Part shown: piece after piece, positions 1 to 11,920 of the stretch
Numbering within the stretch: the stretch's first letter is position 1
Layout: every line of letters begins with the position of its first letter
From: Podarcis liolepis
Lineage: Eukaryota
Assembly (NCBI GenBank): GCA_965112155.1
Contig: OZ218103.1
Length of the DNA: 64,000 bases
Direction: 5' to 3' (one strand)
Made by a program: the position numbers and the translations under genes
Notes under the pieces: model-generated
The model's database searches: none
What the model was told of the DNA's origin: nothing
Seen by the model: only the letters and a program-made list of their open reading frames with translations

Positions 1-1439
1 ATTTGTTACATCACCTTGGGGCATATGTGGAAGGTGATTAAACAACAATAATCCCCCCATTGCCTTCACAGAAACAATACGGTGCCATATTACAGGCTGT
101 CAATACATTATGCTGGGAGAAGAATGTTGCAAAAGAAGGCGAGGGGGATTCCAGCAGGATCTGAGAACAGCTGCGTGTTGAACAACCTGTTGCTTATATA
201 TCGGGGGACCCTGTTGCTCCAGAGAATCAGGCTCTGCCTGCTAGAGCACTTCATTCCATCTGTCTCCTTTCCAGCTCTTCCTATGGTAGTGAAACAAACA
301 GCTAGCTGCTCCTGGCACTTAGGGAAGCACACTAACCAGGCAGCCAAAATTTCAAACGTACACCAGTTTTTACTCAGTGCATTCAAACATTGCCAAGGTG
401 TCCTCAGCAGGAAGGCTCAGGGTGAAGGTTGGGTCCCACAGCGGTAATCCTTTCTCTTTGTGACTGGAGATGGTCTTCAACAAGCAATTCTAATATGACT
501 GATCAAGATCCATTACTAGGTTATGGTAGATACCAAGGCTACTGGCACTACCAGTACTAACTCAACATTTTTGGGTGTGCCAGCTAATCATAAAAAATGT
601 ATATTGGCTCACCAGATTCATGTTGACATTAGCATTCCGTGAAATGATACTGCACACTTATCCAAATTTAAGAGTTCTTTTCTTCCATTTCAAAAAGTAA
701 TTCTTTTTGTTTGCTGAACTATTATCTAACATTGGACACTTCAGCAGTGAACCTTGGTGAATAAGGAGTAGAAGGATCCAGAGAAGGGTTTTCACTACTG
801 ACACTGTGACCCCAACTACATGTGATGCTCATTCACAAACATCTCTCCTCCCCAACTTTCTTTTTTTTAAACATAAGCAGACAAAAGGACTACAAAAGGA
901 GGGGGTGAACTTAACCTTTTCACCTCTGGCTGTTTCACTACTCAAAAGCATTTCCTGCCATCACTAGCACCCAAAAGCACAAGTGAAAAAGTATGGGGCA
1001 TTTTCACAAGTGACACTGAGAAGAGCTTTTAATCTTGTGGAGGGGAGTGTTTGTTAATGCAGGAAAGAAAAGGGCAGGCAGCAACTTGTGAAAACACCCT
1101 AAAAGGTATGGCTGTAAACATCCCTAGGATGAGCTGTATCTCAAGTTGTACTCAGAGTAAATTGAACAGACCTCAGTTTGTCATGTCCTGAAATTTTAAT
1201 TTTAATTTACTCTGAAAAGGACTAACATGATTGGATACAACCCTATGTCCCAAACAAAAAGGCAAAGTGATTTTATGGAATGTTGGGGAACTCTCTTATT
1301 AAAGAAGTTAGGAAACCAAGTTCGGCAGATTCCAGCCAAAAAACCCTATGTCAATTAAGAGCTTTCAGAAATATGAAGTTCATCTGCCACCTGAAAGCCA
1401 GTAGAAAGCAAACCATGGGAATATACATCAACTTGGGTA

Positions 1440-1830
1440 AAGGCTCAGAGGCAGAGCATTTGCCTTGCTTACAGAAGGTACCAGGCTCAATTCCCAGCAT
1501 CTCCAGGTTGAAATGTCCCCTCCTTGAAGCCCTGGAAGGCTCCTCCAGTTAGTGTAGACCATAATGAAGTAGATGGACCAATGGCCTGACTCCATAGAAG
1601 GCAGGTTCCCGGGTTCCTTGGGTAGGGATTACCGGAGCCAAGGTACCAGCATCCAGAAAGCTATAGCTCAGTGGCAGAGCATCTCCTTTGCATGCAGAAA
1701 GTCACTGGTTCAGCTGTCGACACGTGTCCCCAGTCTGACACGTGTTCAGATGTCCCCAGTCTGAAATCCTGGAGAAGTGCTACAAGCCAATGTAGACAAT
1801 AGTGAGCTAGATGGAGCAAAGATCTGACTC
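1440..1830 (+). mobile_element. Two adjacent degenerate tRNA-derived SINEs
   Basis: Two tRNA-like heads (GCTCAGaGGCAGAGCAT...CAGGCTCAATTCC; GCTCAGTGGCAGAGCATC...GGTTCA) followed by a shared body (gtagac...agatggac/gc...tgactcca); boundaries approximate. Confidence 0.6.
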
Positions 1831-2581
1831 CAAAGGCTCAAGAATAGATCTCATAGTGAGCAACAGTACTTCAAATACCTTTTCTGACAATCTCAATATA
1901 ATCTAGGGCAAGACCTAGGATGCATTGCACTTTAAAGATTAAAAAACAAAACAGTAATACTATGTTGAACGCGAAACAAAGAATTAACCAGCGTTCTGTA
2001 GATCTTCTAGGAGTGGTGTTATATGGTCCTGGCAGTTGCACAATTGAATATTTTTGCTGTTGAACTTTGCACCAGCTGAAGTTTCTAAACTGTCTTCAAA
2101 GGCAACCCTGCATCTACCACCTTGAGTTCCCTAAAAGATATGTGTAATTGACCGACTAACTGAAAATCTGCTCACCTCTCTGACATGCAAAGGACCAGCC
2201 AGTCTTTTATCCCAAGGGCTTTGAGAACAACGAAGAGCTGGGAAATAGATGCAAGCACTTAAGCAGCAAGAGGCCTCTTGAGTACTTTGGAACAAACCCA
2301 GAAACCAAACATTGTTTGCCTCTGTTCTTAAGTGAGAGAAATAGACGGCCTAACGTCTCTCAGTTCAGTGCTTTCAAGCTACTTCAAATTATGAAGATTG
2401 TACAAGAAGCCTTTTCCATCCCCTGAACTGTTCTCACAATCTGAGAAGAGCGTTCTCTTTTGTTGCTCTGCCAACTCGAATTCGTATTTAGATTCTCTAA
2501 TTCATTTGGATCCCCAAAACCTGGATGTAACAAAAAAAAAATAGGCAACCATCCTGGAAATCAGAGGTGCAAGGAAGCAAA

Positions 2582-2725
2582 GAATCATAGAATTGTAGAG
2601 TTGGAAGGTACCACAAGGGCCATCTAGTCCAACCCCCCCTGCAAAGCAGGAATCTTTTTGCCCAATGTGGGGCTCAAACTCGCAACCTTGACAAGAAGCA
2701 CTTCACGTTCTTCTGACTGAGTTAC
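2582..2725 (-). mobile_element. tRNA-derived SINE with CR1-like 3' tail
   Basis: gaatcatagaattgtagagttggaagg...catctagtccaacccc is the reverse complement of the CR1 3' end; similar copies at about 7280-7425, 8630-8760 and 22700-22815. Confidence 0.65.
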
Positions 2726-3699
2726 AGATATGATGTAGCAAAAGGTGACATATTCTCATTTCTGGCACCTAGTGTAATCTCTGTGAAGCTAACATAGCAG
2801 CTTTGATCTGACATCAAGGTTGCTGAAATCAGAATCTGCTTCAGCATCATTACTAAGCACTTAATTGATGTGCCCTTGGTCTTTTCTTGATGAGATAAAT
2901 TTCCATTCAGCTGAGACAGTGAGCAAGCAATATTATACAGTAGGCACTGGTTATCTTAAGACCTAAAAGTTGTTTTCAAGCATTCCATAAAAGCTTTTTG
3001 GTGCATGGACTACCACTTGTATTAGGGGCGGTATGTTTAAAACCATCAGAATTAAAGCACTGATTTGCATGAGATTATAAATGTCAGACCAGTTGGTGCT
3101 GGTTACTGAGAGGGAGAGGGGCAAGGCGGCAGGGAGGTTGTTGAGATGCAGGTGCAGCCAATCTGATGATGCTCACAATACTCCTACACCAACCTCCCTG
3201 CTGCCTCACCTGTCTCCCGCTTGGTAACCATAGTGAGCCTGGCACTGGGAAACCAGGTAAGCAACACTTCCCCCATCAACCACTATTGGAGGGAGCAGTT
3301 TGCCGTTTGGACTCTGCTTCAAGGCATCAAAATGGTTTGGGCCAGGACTACTGAAAGGGGCATTTCATGGGACGTGTTTGTATGGTTTGATTTAGGTGCC
3401 TAACTGGTAAAATCCGTGATTGTGATGTTCACGGTTAGAAAGTAAAACTTGTTGTAAAAATAAGACAGGTTGGGCCTCTGCAAAAAAAAAGAAGTTGTTC
3501 CCAAAAGGCAGATGTTATGTTTATTTGAGCATTTGGCAGCTTTGTCACTAATTGCCACACTGTAACCCTGTGAAAGTATGGTATCAAGTAGAAAGTCAGA
3601 AGAAGGAGGGACAGATAGAATTACAGGAAGAAAACTCAAAAAGTAAAGTTAGCTGCATCGTTCCATCAGGGGGAGATGGATCCCAAAATCCATATTCGG

Positions 3700-4208
3700 A
3701 CCACATCTTTATTAGTTAAAACATAATGAAGCACCTTGATGAGCATATAAAGTTGTCATCAACTCCAGCCCAAATTCTTAGGAAAGTAAATGAAATAATG
3801 TCTGGAAATATAAATAACCAACAATTATCAATCATAATTAAAATGGCAGCCTTGGGGAGCAGCAGGAGGTCCTGATGAAGGCGGGGAACAGCTGTTCTGA
3901 AACTCAGCTCCAAAGACTTCTGAAAAGCTCCTTGTCCCTGGACTATATAGTAAACAGCAATCAAAGGTGTGGAGGATAAGTAGGACTGGAATAACACTTG
4001 TAGTTTAATGTTGAATTTTGGACATAACAGAGATGTAAAAGATTTGGATTATTACAAAAAGATGCAAGAGGAAATGGTTAACAATAGGACCCACAAAGGG
4101 GAGGAGGGAAGTCCAGGAGATTCTTTGGAATCTTGTTTTTATGTTGTATGTTGGATAATTGGCTGTAAAACTTTAATCTGAAAAACCAAATAAAAAAACA
4201 AAAAAAAC
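3700..4208 (+). mobile_element. L1/Tx1-like LINE 3' end fragment
   Basis: A-rich 3' UTR-like sequence ending in AATAAA plus poly(A) (aaccaaataaaaaaacaaaaaaaac); family assignment from recalled resemblance only. Confidence 0.4.
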
Positions 4209-5957
4209 AAGTGTAGAGGATGAGAAGAGTTGGCTATGGAGTCTGCCTCTGGCCACAGTCCTGCAATGGAATGGGGAAGGATGCAGCAAACTTTCAAATG
4301 ATGCTGCTTACACAGGTGTCAGGTTGCAGCAAGGCCTCTTCCAATATTATCCTGCCTGGGTGTTAAGATCTGCAAGAGAGACCCTTCTTTGGGGTGGGGT
4401 GGTGACCCCAAAATAGGGCCACTTCTCTGTCATAGCATCCTGGCTGTGGAACTCCCTCCCTTCCAAACGAGACTCAGGGTTGTCTCTGAGCATTTCTCAA
4501 CACCAATTAAAAACATATTTATTCTCCCAGGCTTTTGGTAGGGGCTAATGAGAGATACTTTGATGGATGTGCCTGCTGCTGTAATGCAGCTGGAGAAGAT
4601 CGGATATATTTGCTGCTCCGCTTTGTTGGGATAAGTTGCTGTTGGCTGCTGATTTACAATTGTGCTTTACACAGCAAACGGCTTGTTTTAATTTTGGTGC
4701 AGATTTTAAATCGCTTCAATCCTCTCTGGGATCACGAAAGTGATGAAGGGCAGGGTGTAAACCTAAAGAATAAGGAACAGAACAAAAATATACTTTTGTA
4801 GGAAGAAGATGAGAGAGTAACGGGGTGTGTTCAGCAGCCTGGCTTTGAAGACGTCTGATTTGTGAATGAGGGCAATGGGGAGATTATGAAACTCTGTCTA
4901 CAATGTGAAGAGAAGGATTAAGTTCCTAAGGTTCAATCAGGGAAGAGATTGCTATCCCAGGATCCACTTTTGGAATGAGAAAATAGAGGCAGGAGATGGA
5001 TTAGAAAGGAGGAAATATGGAGTGGAAAAGAGACACAGAGAAGCAGACCAACTAGAACAACAATAGTCTTCCCCATGTATTCCTATCAGTCACATGCTTA
5101 ACCCTGAAACTATTTGTTATTTCTATTTATCAGGCTTCCATCCAATCAGTTTTTGCTGACATGCACAACTTCCTTGCTGTCAGTTCACTTTTCCATTCAC
5201 TCTTCCTGGTCCTTCCACATTGTTCCACCTCCTCTTCCCACCCCGGTTACACAGCTTATCACATTCTTTCACAGCCACATAATGGGACCTGGAATGACTA
5301 GTGGGGTTTCATTTCCCAAACGGGCTAATGGATCTGTTCCTTTCGAATGGGCATCCTGCAGTATTCATTTCAATGTGTGACCTAATTAACACAACAAAAA
5401 GGTAGCAGATGCTCTGGAAACACAGCCTGGGTTTACATGACACCGGACCTCCATAGCTTGTGCTGCTTCCGTTCATATATCAAGAACCAGGACCTGCTTC
5501 TGAGAGTCCGCAGTGCATGCCTTTAAGTTAGGGTTGCCACGTGGCCAGTTGTTAACCCACCCAGCCATACGTTTAACATCCAGGCTCTATTTGCATATTT
5601 ATTCATTGATTTGTGGTTTGTTTGATTCTTATTTATTAAAAGGCAGTATCTCTAATCTTATCTGTTTTAAGAGATAGGATGGCATAAACTCTCCATGAAA
5701 ATGATACTAAAGGGACTACACGGGGCGTGTCCCCTCCCAACCTTATCAGCTATTCCCCAGGTTTCTAATGCACAAACATTGCCTTCAACCCCTTCTTTCT
5801 GCTGCCCATCTGTAGCAGGGGAAGGAAGAGGAAATAATTAGATATGGGGCAGGGAAGGATAAATGCATATGTGCTGTGCTTGCTCTTAACCTACATCAAA
5901 ACTCCAACTGTGTACACATTAACACTTACTCTGGCTCTAGTGTGCTCCTACCACCAG

Positions 5958-6003
5958 AGGATGGATGGATGGATGGATGGATGGATGGATGGAATGATTG
6001 ATT
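5958..6003. repeat. (GGAT)n/(GATT)n microsatellite, tail of the adjacent L2
   Basis: About 8 GGAT units seen directly. Confidence 0.9.
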
Positions 6004-6810
6004 GAATTCATATACCGCCCTATACCCGGAGCTCTCAGGACGGTTCACAGAAAATATCATGGTATATAAGACAAAAATAAAAGCAACAACCCAATACTAC
6101 CCCCCAAAAAGAGCCACATTTTAAAAGGGTATGGGATGTTGATCAGCTCAATCAAAGGCCTAATTAAAAAGGAACCTTTTTGCCGGGTTCATAAAGGTGT
6201 ATAATGAAGACACCAAACAAACTTCCCTGGGGATAACATTCCACAAGCAGGGAACCACCACAGAAAAGGCTCATTTTTGTGTTGACGCCCTCTGGACCTC
6301 TCGAGGAGAAGACACATGAAGGAGGACCTCAGAAGATCTCAGGGTCCAAGTAGGTTCATATGGAGGAGTTTGGATTGGATTTGATATCCCGCTTTATCAC
6401 TACCTGAAGGAGTCTCAAAGTGGCTAACATTCTCCTTTCCCTTCATCCCCCACAACAAACACTCTGTGAGGTGAGTGGGGCTGAGAGACTTCAGAGAAGT
6501 GTGACTAGCCCAAGGTCACTCAGCAGCTGCATGTGGAGGAGTGGAGACCTGAACCCGGCTCACTAGATTATGGAAAGAGGCAGTCCTTGAGGTATTGCAG
6601 TCCTGGGCCATTTAAGGCTTTATAGGTCAAAACCAGCACTTTGAATTGGGCCCAGAAACTAATCAGTAGCCAGTGCAGTCGGACCAGGATTGGTGTAATA
6701 TGCTCAAACCATCTTTCTCCAGTGAGCAACCTGGCCGCTGAATTCTGCACCAGCTGACGTTTCCAAACCGTCTTCCGAGGCAGCCCTACATATAACACAT
6801 TGCAGTAATC
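6004..6810 (-). mobile_element. L2 LINE 3' fragment, interrupted by a MIR-like SINE at about 6368-6567
   Basis: ORF 6568-6840 encodes the typical L2 ORF2 C-terminus (QLVQNSAARLLT...HITPIL..LHWL...FKVLVLTYKALNG); microsatellite tail at the 3' end. Confidence 0.85.
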
Positions 6811-7279
6811 AATGCAGAGTTTGAAGCCCCAAGTACACAAGGCTAGATGACCCTTTGGTTCCCTTCCGAGTCTATAGTCCTATGATTCTATGACTTTAGC
6901 TACAATCCATAAGCGTCCTGTTGATTCTTCAGAAGCACCCCTGCCTGATGCTCTTTCTCTCATGCCAGTTTCCATTGGATTAGAAAACAGAAGCCACAGT
7001 TAAACCAAGGCGAGTACATTTCAGGCAGCTGTTGTGCCTGCACAGATCATAGCGTATGCACCTACGACAGCTTCCGTGATTTGGAGTTTGGTGCAGGGGA
7101 AACAAATCAGGTAACAGAGACTGGGTGAAGACACCCCCACTCCTTCTCTGGTATGAACAGCAATATTAAAAAGCGTCTTGAAACACAGCGGCCAGGAGTG
7201 GACTTTGCTGCGTTTCAAGCTGCTAATGTGTGCCGAGCCTCAAAGTCCTGCTTGTCCTGAAACCATCACATACTTCTCC

Positions 7280-7425
7280 TGTAGCGCAATGGGCTAGTGT
7301 GTCTGGCTGTTAATCGGAAGGCTGGTGGTTTGAGTCCATCCAGGAATGGCTGTGGGCAAACTTCCTGCACTGCAGGGGGTTGGACTAGATGACCCTCAGG
7401 GTCCCTTCCAACTCTGTGATTCTAC
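7280..7425 (+). mobile_element. tRNA-derived SINE with CR1 tail
   Basis: tRNA-like A/B boxes (GTAGCGCAATGG...GGTTTGAGTCC), then gggggttggactagatgacc...cccttccaactctgtgattct. Confidence 0.7.
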
Positions 7426-8765
7426 GTTTCTTCATATTTGGGCATAAATCCTATTGATTTCATAGAGGGGTGGCTGAATGTTGGGAGTTGCCTCCAACAA
7501 ACAGAGAATCTTAATTGCCCTTCAGAAGTGCACTGTTAACTCAATAGCACAGTGAGTAACCGTGAATGCTAGCACACAGAGGCTGGATCTAGACAAATCA
7601 AAGAAGCATTTCAGTTAAATGCGTTGTAAATTTAAACAGGGAAAACAGGTAGAGACAAATGGGACTCCACAGCGCCATCTGGTGTCACAATGTTATATTG
7701 TATATACAACGCATATGAATCACTTTTTCTTTCCCAATCTATCTGAGTCCTCTAGAGAGAAAGATAAAGACTAAGAAATGAAGCTTGCATTCTAGAAACG
7801 TCTGAATTTCCACCCTCTCCCAAATCCCAGTCTGACTCAGAAGCAACAAAACTCTTTGCTCATCGTTTATTAGATCTACCTTCCCGGGTTTGTCATCAAG
7901 ACATTGTAATAATGCATGCAAAAGACTTTAAAGATTTCAAAGTGCTGTAGAATAATTGCCATGTCTTATTATCTCACTTATACCATGCCCACCTCCAAAG
8001 AGTACGCACAATTATTTAGGAATTGGGGGCTAGTGCCAGACACTTCCCCTCTCTGGAAAAAGGCAAACACGGTCGGTTTTATTTTCTTATTTTATGATAA
8101 TGACAGAAGAGAACAATCTTCAATGATACAAGCGTACGAAACAAAGACATATTTGATGCCAGGGATATTAGTCATCAATATTCACTTTGCAAAGACAAAA
8201 ACAGTGATGACTAAGGTGTGCCTGACACATTGTTTATAGTCTATTTCCTCTCCTGGTATTTAATTCCCCAGGGGGCAACTTCATAATAATGATATCCACA
8301 CCATGGTCATCCACATGGGGAAGGCAAGCAAGAGAAGGGCAGCTGCTTTCACTGGATGAACCATAAATCCCCAGATTGCCAGCTTTCATTATTTTAAAAA
8401 AAGAATAAATATCTAGCATTTGCAGAATCTGAGATATGGGATAAAATGCAGATACCATTCTTCTGTTTTTTTCTGGTAAGAAACTAGCCTGCTCTCTCTC
8501 CTTTCCATGTTTGGCTTGCCTTTCACTTCCCAAAGTTCACTGGGGAGAAGGATTTATTGTTCAGCCATTCTGGGAATTGTAGCTCTGTGAGTGGAATAGG
8601 AGCCTCCTAAAAACACCCAGCACCCTTAACAAGCTACCATGAGACTCTTTATCTCAGGGTCATGCATTCATGCCCCACGTTGGGTAAAAGATTCCTGCTT
8701 TGCAGGGGGTTGGAATAGATGGCCCATGTGGTCCCTTCCCACTCTACAATTCTATGATTTAGATA

Positions 8766-9376
8766 AAGCTAAAAAAGCCAATGCAATTCTGGGCTGCATC
8801 AATAGGAGTATAGCATCTAGATCAAGGGAAGTAATAGTGCCACTGTATTCTGCTCTGGTCAGACCTCACCTGGAGTACTGTGTCCAGTTCTGGGCACCAC
8901 AGTTCAAGAAGGACACTGACAAACTGGAACGTGTCCAGAGGAGGGCAACCAAAATGGTCAAAGGCCTGGAAACGCTGCCTTATGAGGAACGGCTAAGGGA
9001 GCTGGGCATGTTTAGCCTGGAGAAGAGGAGGTTAAGGGGTGATATGATAGCCATGTTCAAATATATAAAAGGATGTCACATAGAGGAGGGAGAAAGGTTG
9101 TTTTCTGCTGCTCCAGAAAAGCGGACACGGAGCAATGGATTCAAACTACAAGAAAGAAGATTCCACCTAAACATTAGGAAGAACTTCCTGACAGTAAGAG
9201 CTGTTCGACAGTGGAATTTGCTGCCCAGGAGTGTGGTGGAGTCTCCTTCTTTGGAGGTCTTTAAGCAGAGGCTTGATAACCATATGTCAGGAGTGCTCTG
9301 ATGGTGTTTCCTGCTTGGCAGGGGGTTGGACTCCATGGCCCTTGTGGTCTATTCCAACTCTATAATTCTATGATTT
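8766..9376 (+). mobile_element. 5'-truncated CR1 LINE (ORF2 C-terminus and 3' UTR), apparently young
   Basis: Open frame [41 protein letters not shown]...[11 protein letters not shown]...[11 protein letters not shown] is diagnostic of CR1; ends with the ATTCTATGATT tail. Confidence 0.95.
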
Positions 9377-9445
9377 ACATTATTCTTTTTGGGGGGAGGG
9401 AGCCATGGCTTGCTTAAAGTGGTATGGTATTGCTTTAAATGTACA

Positions 9446-9789
9446 GCAGACCCTCCAAGTGTCCCTATTTTCCCGGGATGTCCCTGATTTAGAGAAGCCG
9501 TCCCGGTTTCTGATTTGATCCTGGAATGTCCCACTTTTCCTTAGGATGTCCTTATTTTCATTGGAGAAATGTTGGAAGGTATGGAGTTATCCAACCCCAA
9601 GCCATCTGAATGCAATTCTGTATAGGGAAGGCATTTTTTATGTTTAATGTTTTATTATGTTTTTATATATGTTGGAAGCCGCCCAGAGTGGCTGGGGCAA
9701 CTCAGTAAGATGTGTGGGGTATAAATCGTAAAATTAGCATTATGGAATGGGACGACCCTATTTTCATCAGAGAAATGTTGGAGGGTATG
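9446..9789. mobile_element. Non-autonomous DNA element (ACCCTCCAA...TTGGAGGGT ends); related reverse copy at about 11343-11480
   Basis: Inverted termini; the gggaca/tgtccc-rich body recurs in reverse orientation at 11343-11480. Confidence 0.55.
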
Positions 9790-11541
9790 TGTCCAGTGCA
9801 AATGGGGGCTATGTTGGGGAAAACAGGCCATAAAACACTTTAGTAGAGAGGAGGTAAATCTGAAATTTGAGATTCAAATGACTGCAACTATATTCTTAAT
9901 TATGTAGTATATTATTTTGCATTTACTTATTGCATTTCTAAACCGCTTTTCCTCCAAAGATTATACCTCGTTCTCTCTCACTCATTCTACAAGCATTTTC
10001 TCCTCACAACAACCCTGTGAAGTAGGTTAGGTTGAGAGAGACTGGCTGGTGGTCCAATGTCGCCCAGTAAGCTTCACGGCCAAGTGTGGATTTGAACCCA
10101 GGTCTTCTAACTCAAGAGTGACACTCTACATTGGCTCTCACTTACACTGACTCTCGTTGCCTTTGCAAATCAAAGGTGAGCGAATCAAAGAAGCATCACA
10201 AGCACATTAGAACATTTAATTTAATAACCTTTTACAGTAATTTCAATGAAAGGTTTTCAAGAGGTTATTGTTAAACAAAAGCTAAAGGGTGCATTTCACA
10301 TGGTGTCTGACATTTTTGTGGATATTTAAAATTACTGAGCATAAATATCTGTTACTAAAAGTTGCTGATCTTTGAATGCCATAGGTAAGCAACAAAGAAA
10401 ATCAATATACACTTAGACTGCCATTCTATACCAAATTACCTAGGAATAAACCCATTGAACTCAATAGGACCAACTCTAAGGAGGCATGTAGACGATTGCA
10501 CCATTACGAAAGTTTGGATCTACACATTGCTCAAAGAGAAGTTGTGTAACTTCTGTTTGTGCAGTATGTATCTATCCAATTTTCTGGCACCCACTGTGCT
10601 GTTTAAGCCCATTGAGTGACAAGAGTTTGTGGATACTCAAAGCCTCATGAGGACAAAGGGAGGCTGTGTCAATGATTGCTTTTAAAGTGGACAACTGTTT
10701 TATTTCCTTGGGTACTTTTTTTACTTTGTAATGAATTTGGTGATCCCCAATTTTATGTTATGTATGTAGTGCATTGATTTCATTATCTTGCTTTGTCATT
10801 GCTGTGGTCAGCACAATGACTGAACAGAACAAAATACCGTACATACCAATTTGCAGTTGTTTTAAGGCATCCAGAAAAGATAAAGCAGCAGGGTCAGAAG
10901 AGAATCAAACACATTTTCTGCTTTCCCTTGAAATGTCCTTCAAGGATTAGCTGCAGCGAATTGCATGCGCAAGTGTTGCTGACGTGAAACAGTTAACACA
11001 TGAAATTTAATACAAGAGTAGATTCAGCAAGGAGGTGAGGCACACAGAACCGTATTGTAATTAGGCCATTCAGGGTTCCTTATCTAGATGTTAGAATCAG
11101 GCAATTAGTGTATCATGATCTAAGGAAGCTGAACAAGTGTTTAATTAGCACAGGTCCAGGCTGGGCCATTGATGCACTTGCATTCACACTGCATTGTCCC
11201 AGTAGGGAACTCGCCAAAATAGAAATCCTGCATTTCTTGTACAGTTACAGAGCAGAGGACTGGGATGAATCTACAGGATGTTAATCTAGGACAATCTAGA
11301 TAGCAAGGCACTGTTCTTAGGATTCAAAATGCAAGCCTTATTCCATACCCTTCAGCATTTCTCCGATGAAAATAGGGACATGCTAAGGAAAAGCAGGATA
11401 TTCCAGGATCAAATCAGAAAGCGGGACAGCTTTTCTAAATCAGGGACATCCCTGGAAAATAGGGACACTTGGAGTGTCTGTTATTCTATTTATTTATTTC
11501 ATATATTTATATGCTACTTAATACCAGAACACTATCTAAAC

Positions 11542-11793
11542 CAAGGGTAGGCAAACTAAGGCCCGGGGGCTAGATGCAGCCCAATCGCCTTCTCAATCCG
11601 GCCCGCGGATGGTCCAGGAATCAGCTTGTTTTTACATGAGTAGAAAGTGTGTTTTTATTTAAAATGCATCTCTGGGTTATTTGTGAGGCATAGGAATTCA
11701 TTTTTATTCTTTCCCCAAAATATAGTCCAGCCCCCCACAAGGTCTGAGAGACAGTGGACCGGCCCCGTGCTGAAAAAAGTTTGCTGACCCCTG
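11542..11793. mobile_element. hAT (Charlie/OC1-like) MITE
   Basis: Termini CAAGGGTAGGCAAACT / AGTTTGCTGACCCCTG; 8-bp TSD atctaaac/ctctaagc (6/8); second copy at 19273-19594. Confidence 0.8.
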
Positions 11794-11848
11794 CTCTAAG
11801 CAGTTTACGAAAAGATAACAAGTGGGAGGGGGGCAGATGACAGATGAT

Positions 11849-11849
<1 letters not shown>

Positions 11850-11920
<71 letters not shown>
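11850..11920. repeat. (GATA)n(GACA)n microsatellite
   Basis: Seen directly. Confidence 0.95.

Noticed and set aside
1655-1720. tRNA-like sequence
   Set aside because: SINE head lacking an intact acceptor stem and cloverleaf, followed by a SINE body
8639-9301. 220-aa ORF as a host gene
   Set aside because: Chance in-frame fusion of a SINE tail to a CR1 ORF2 3' fragment
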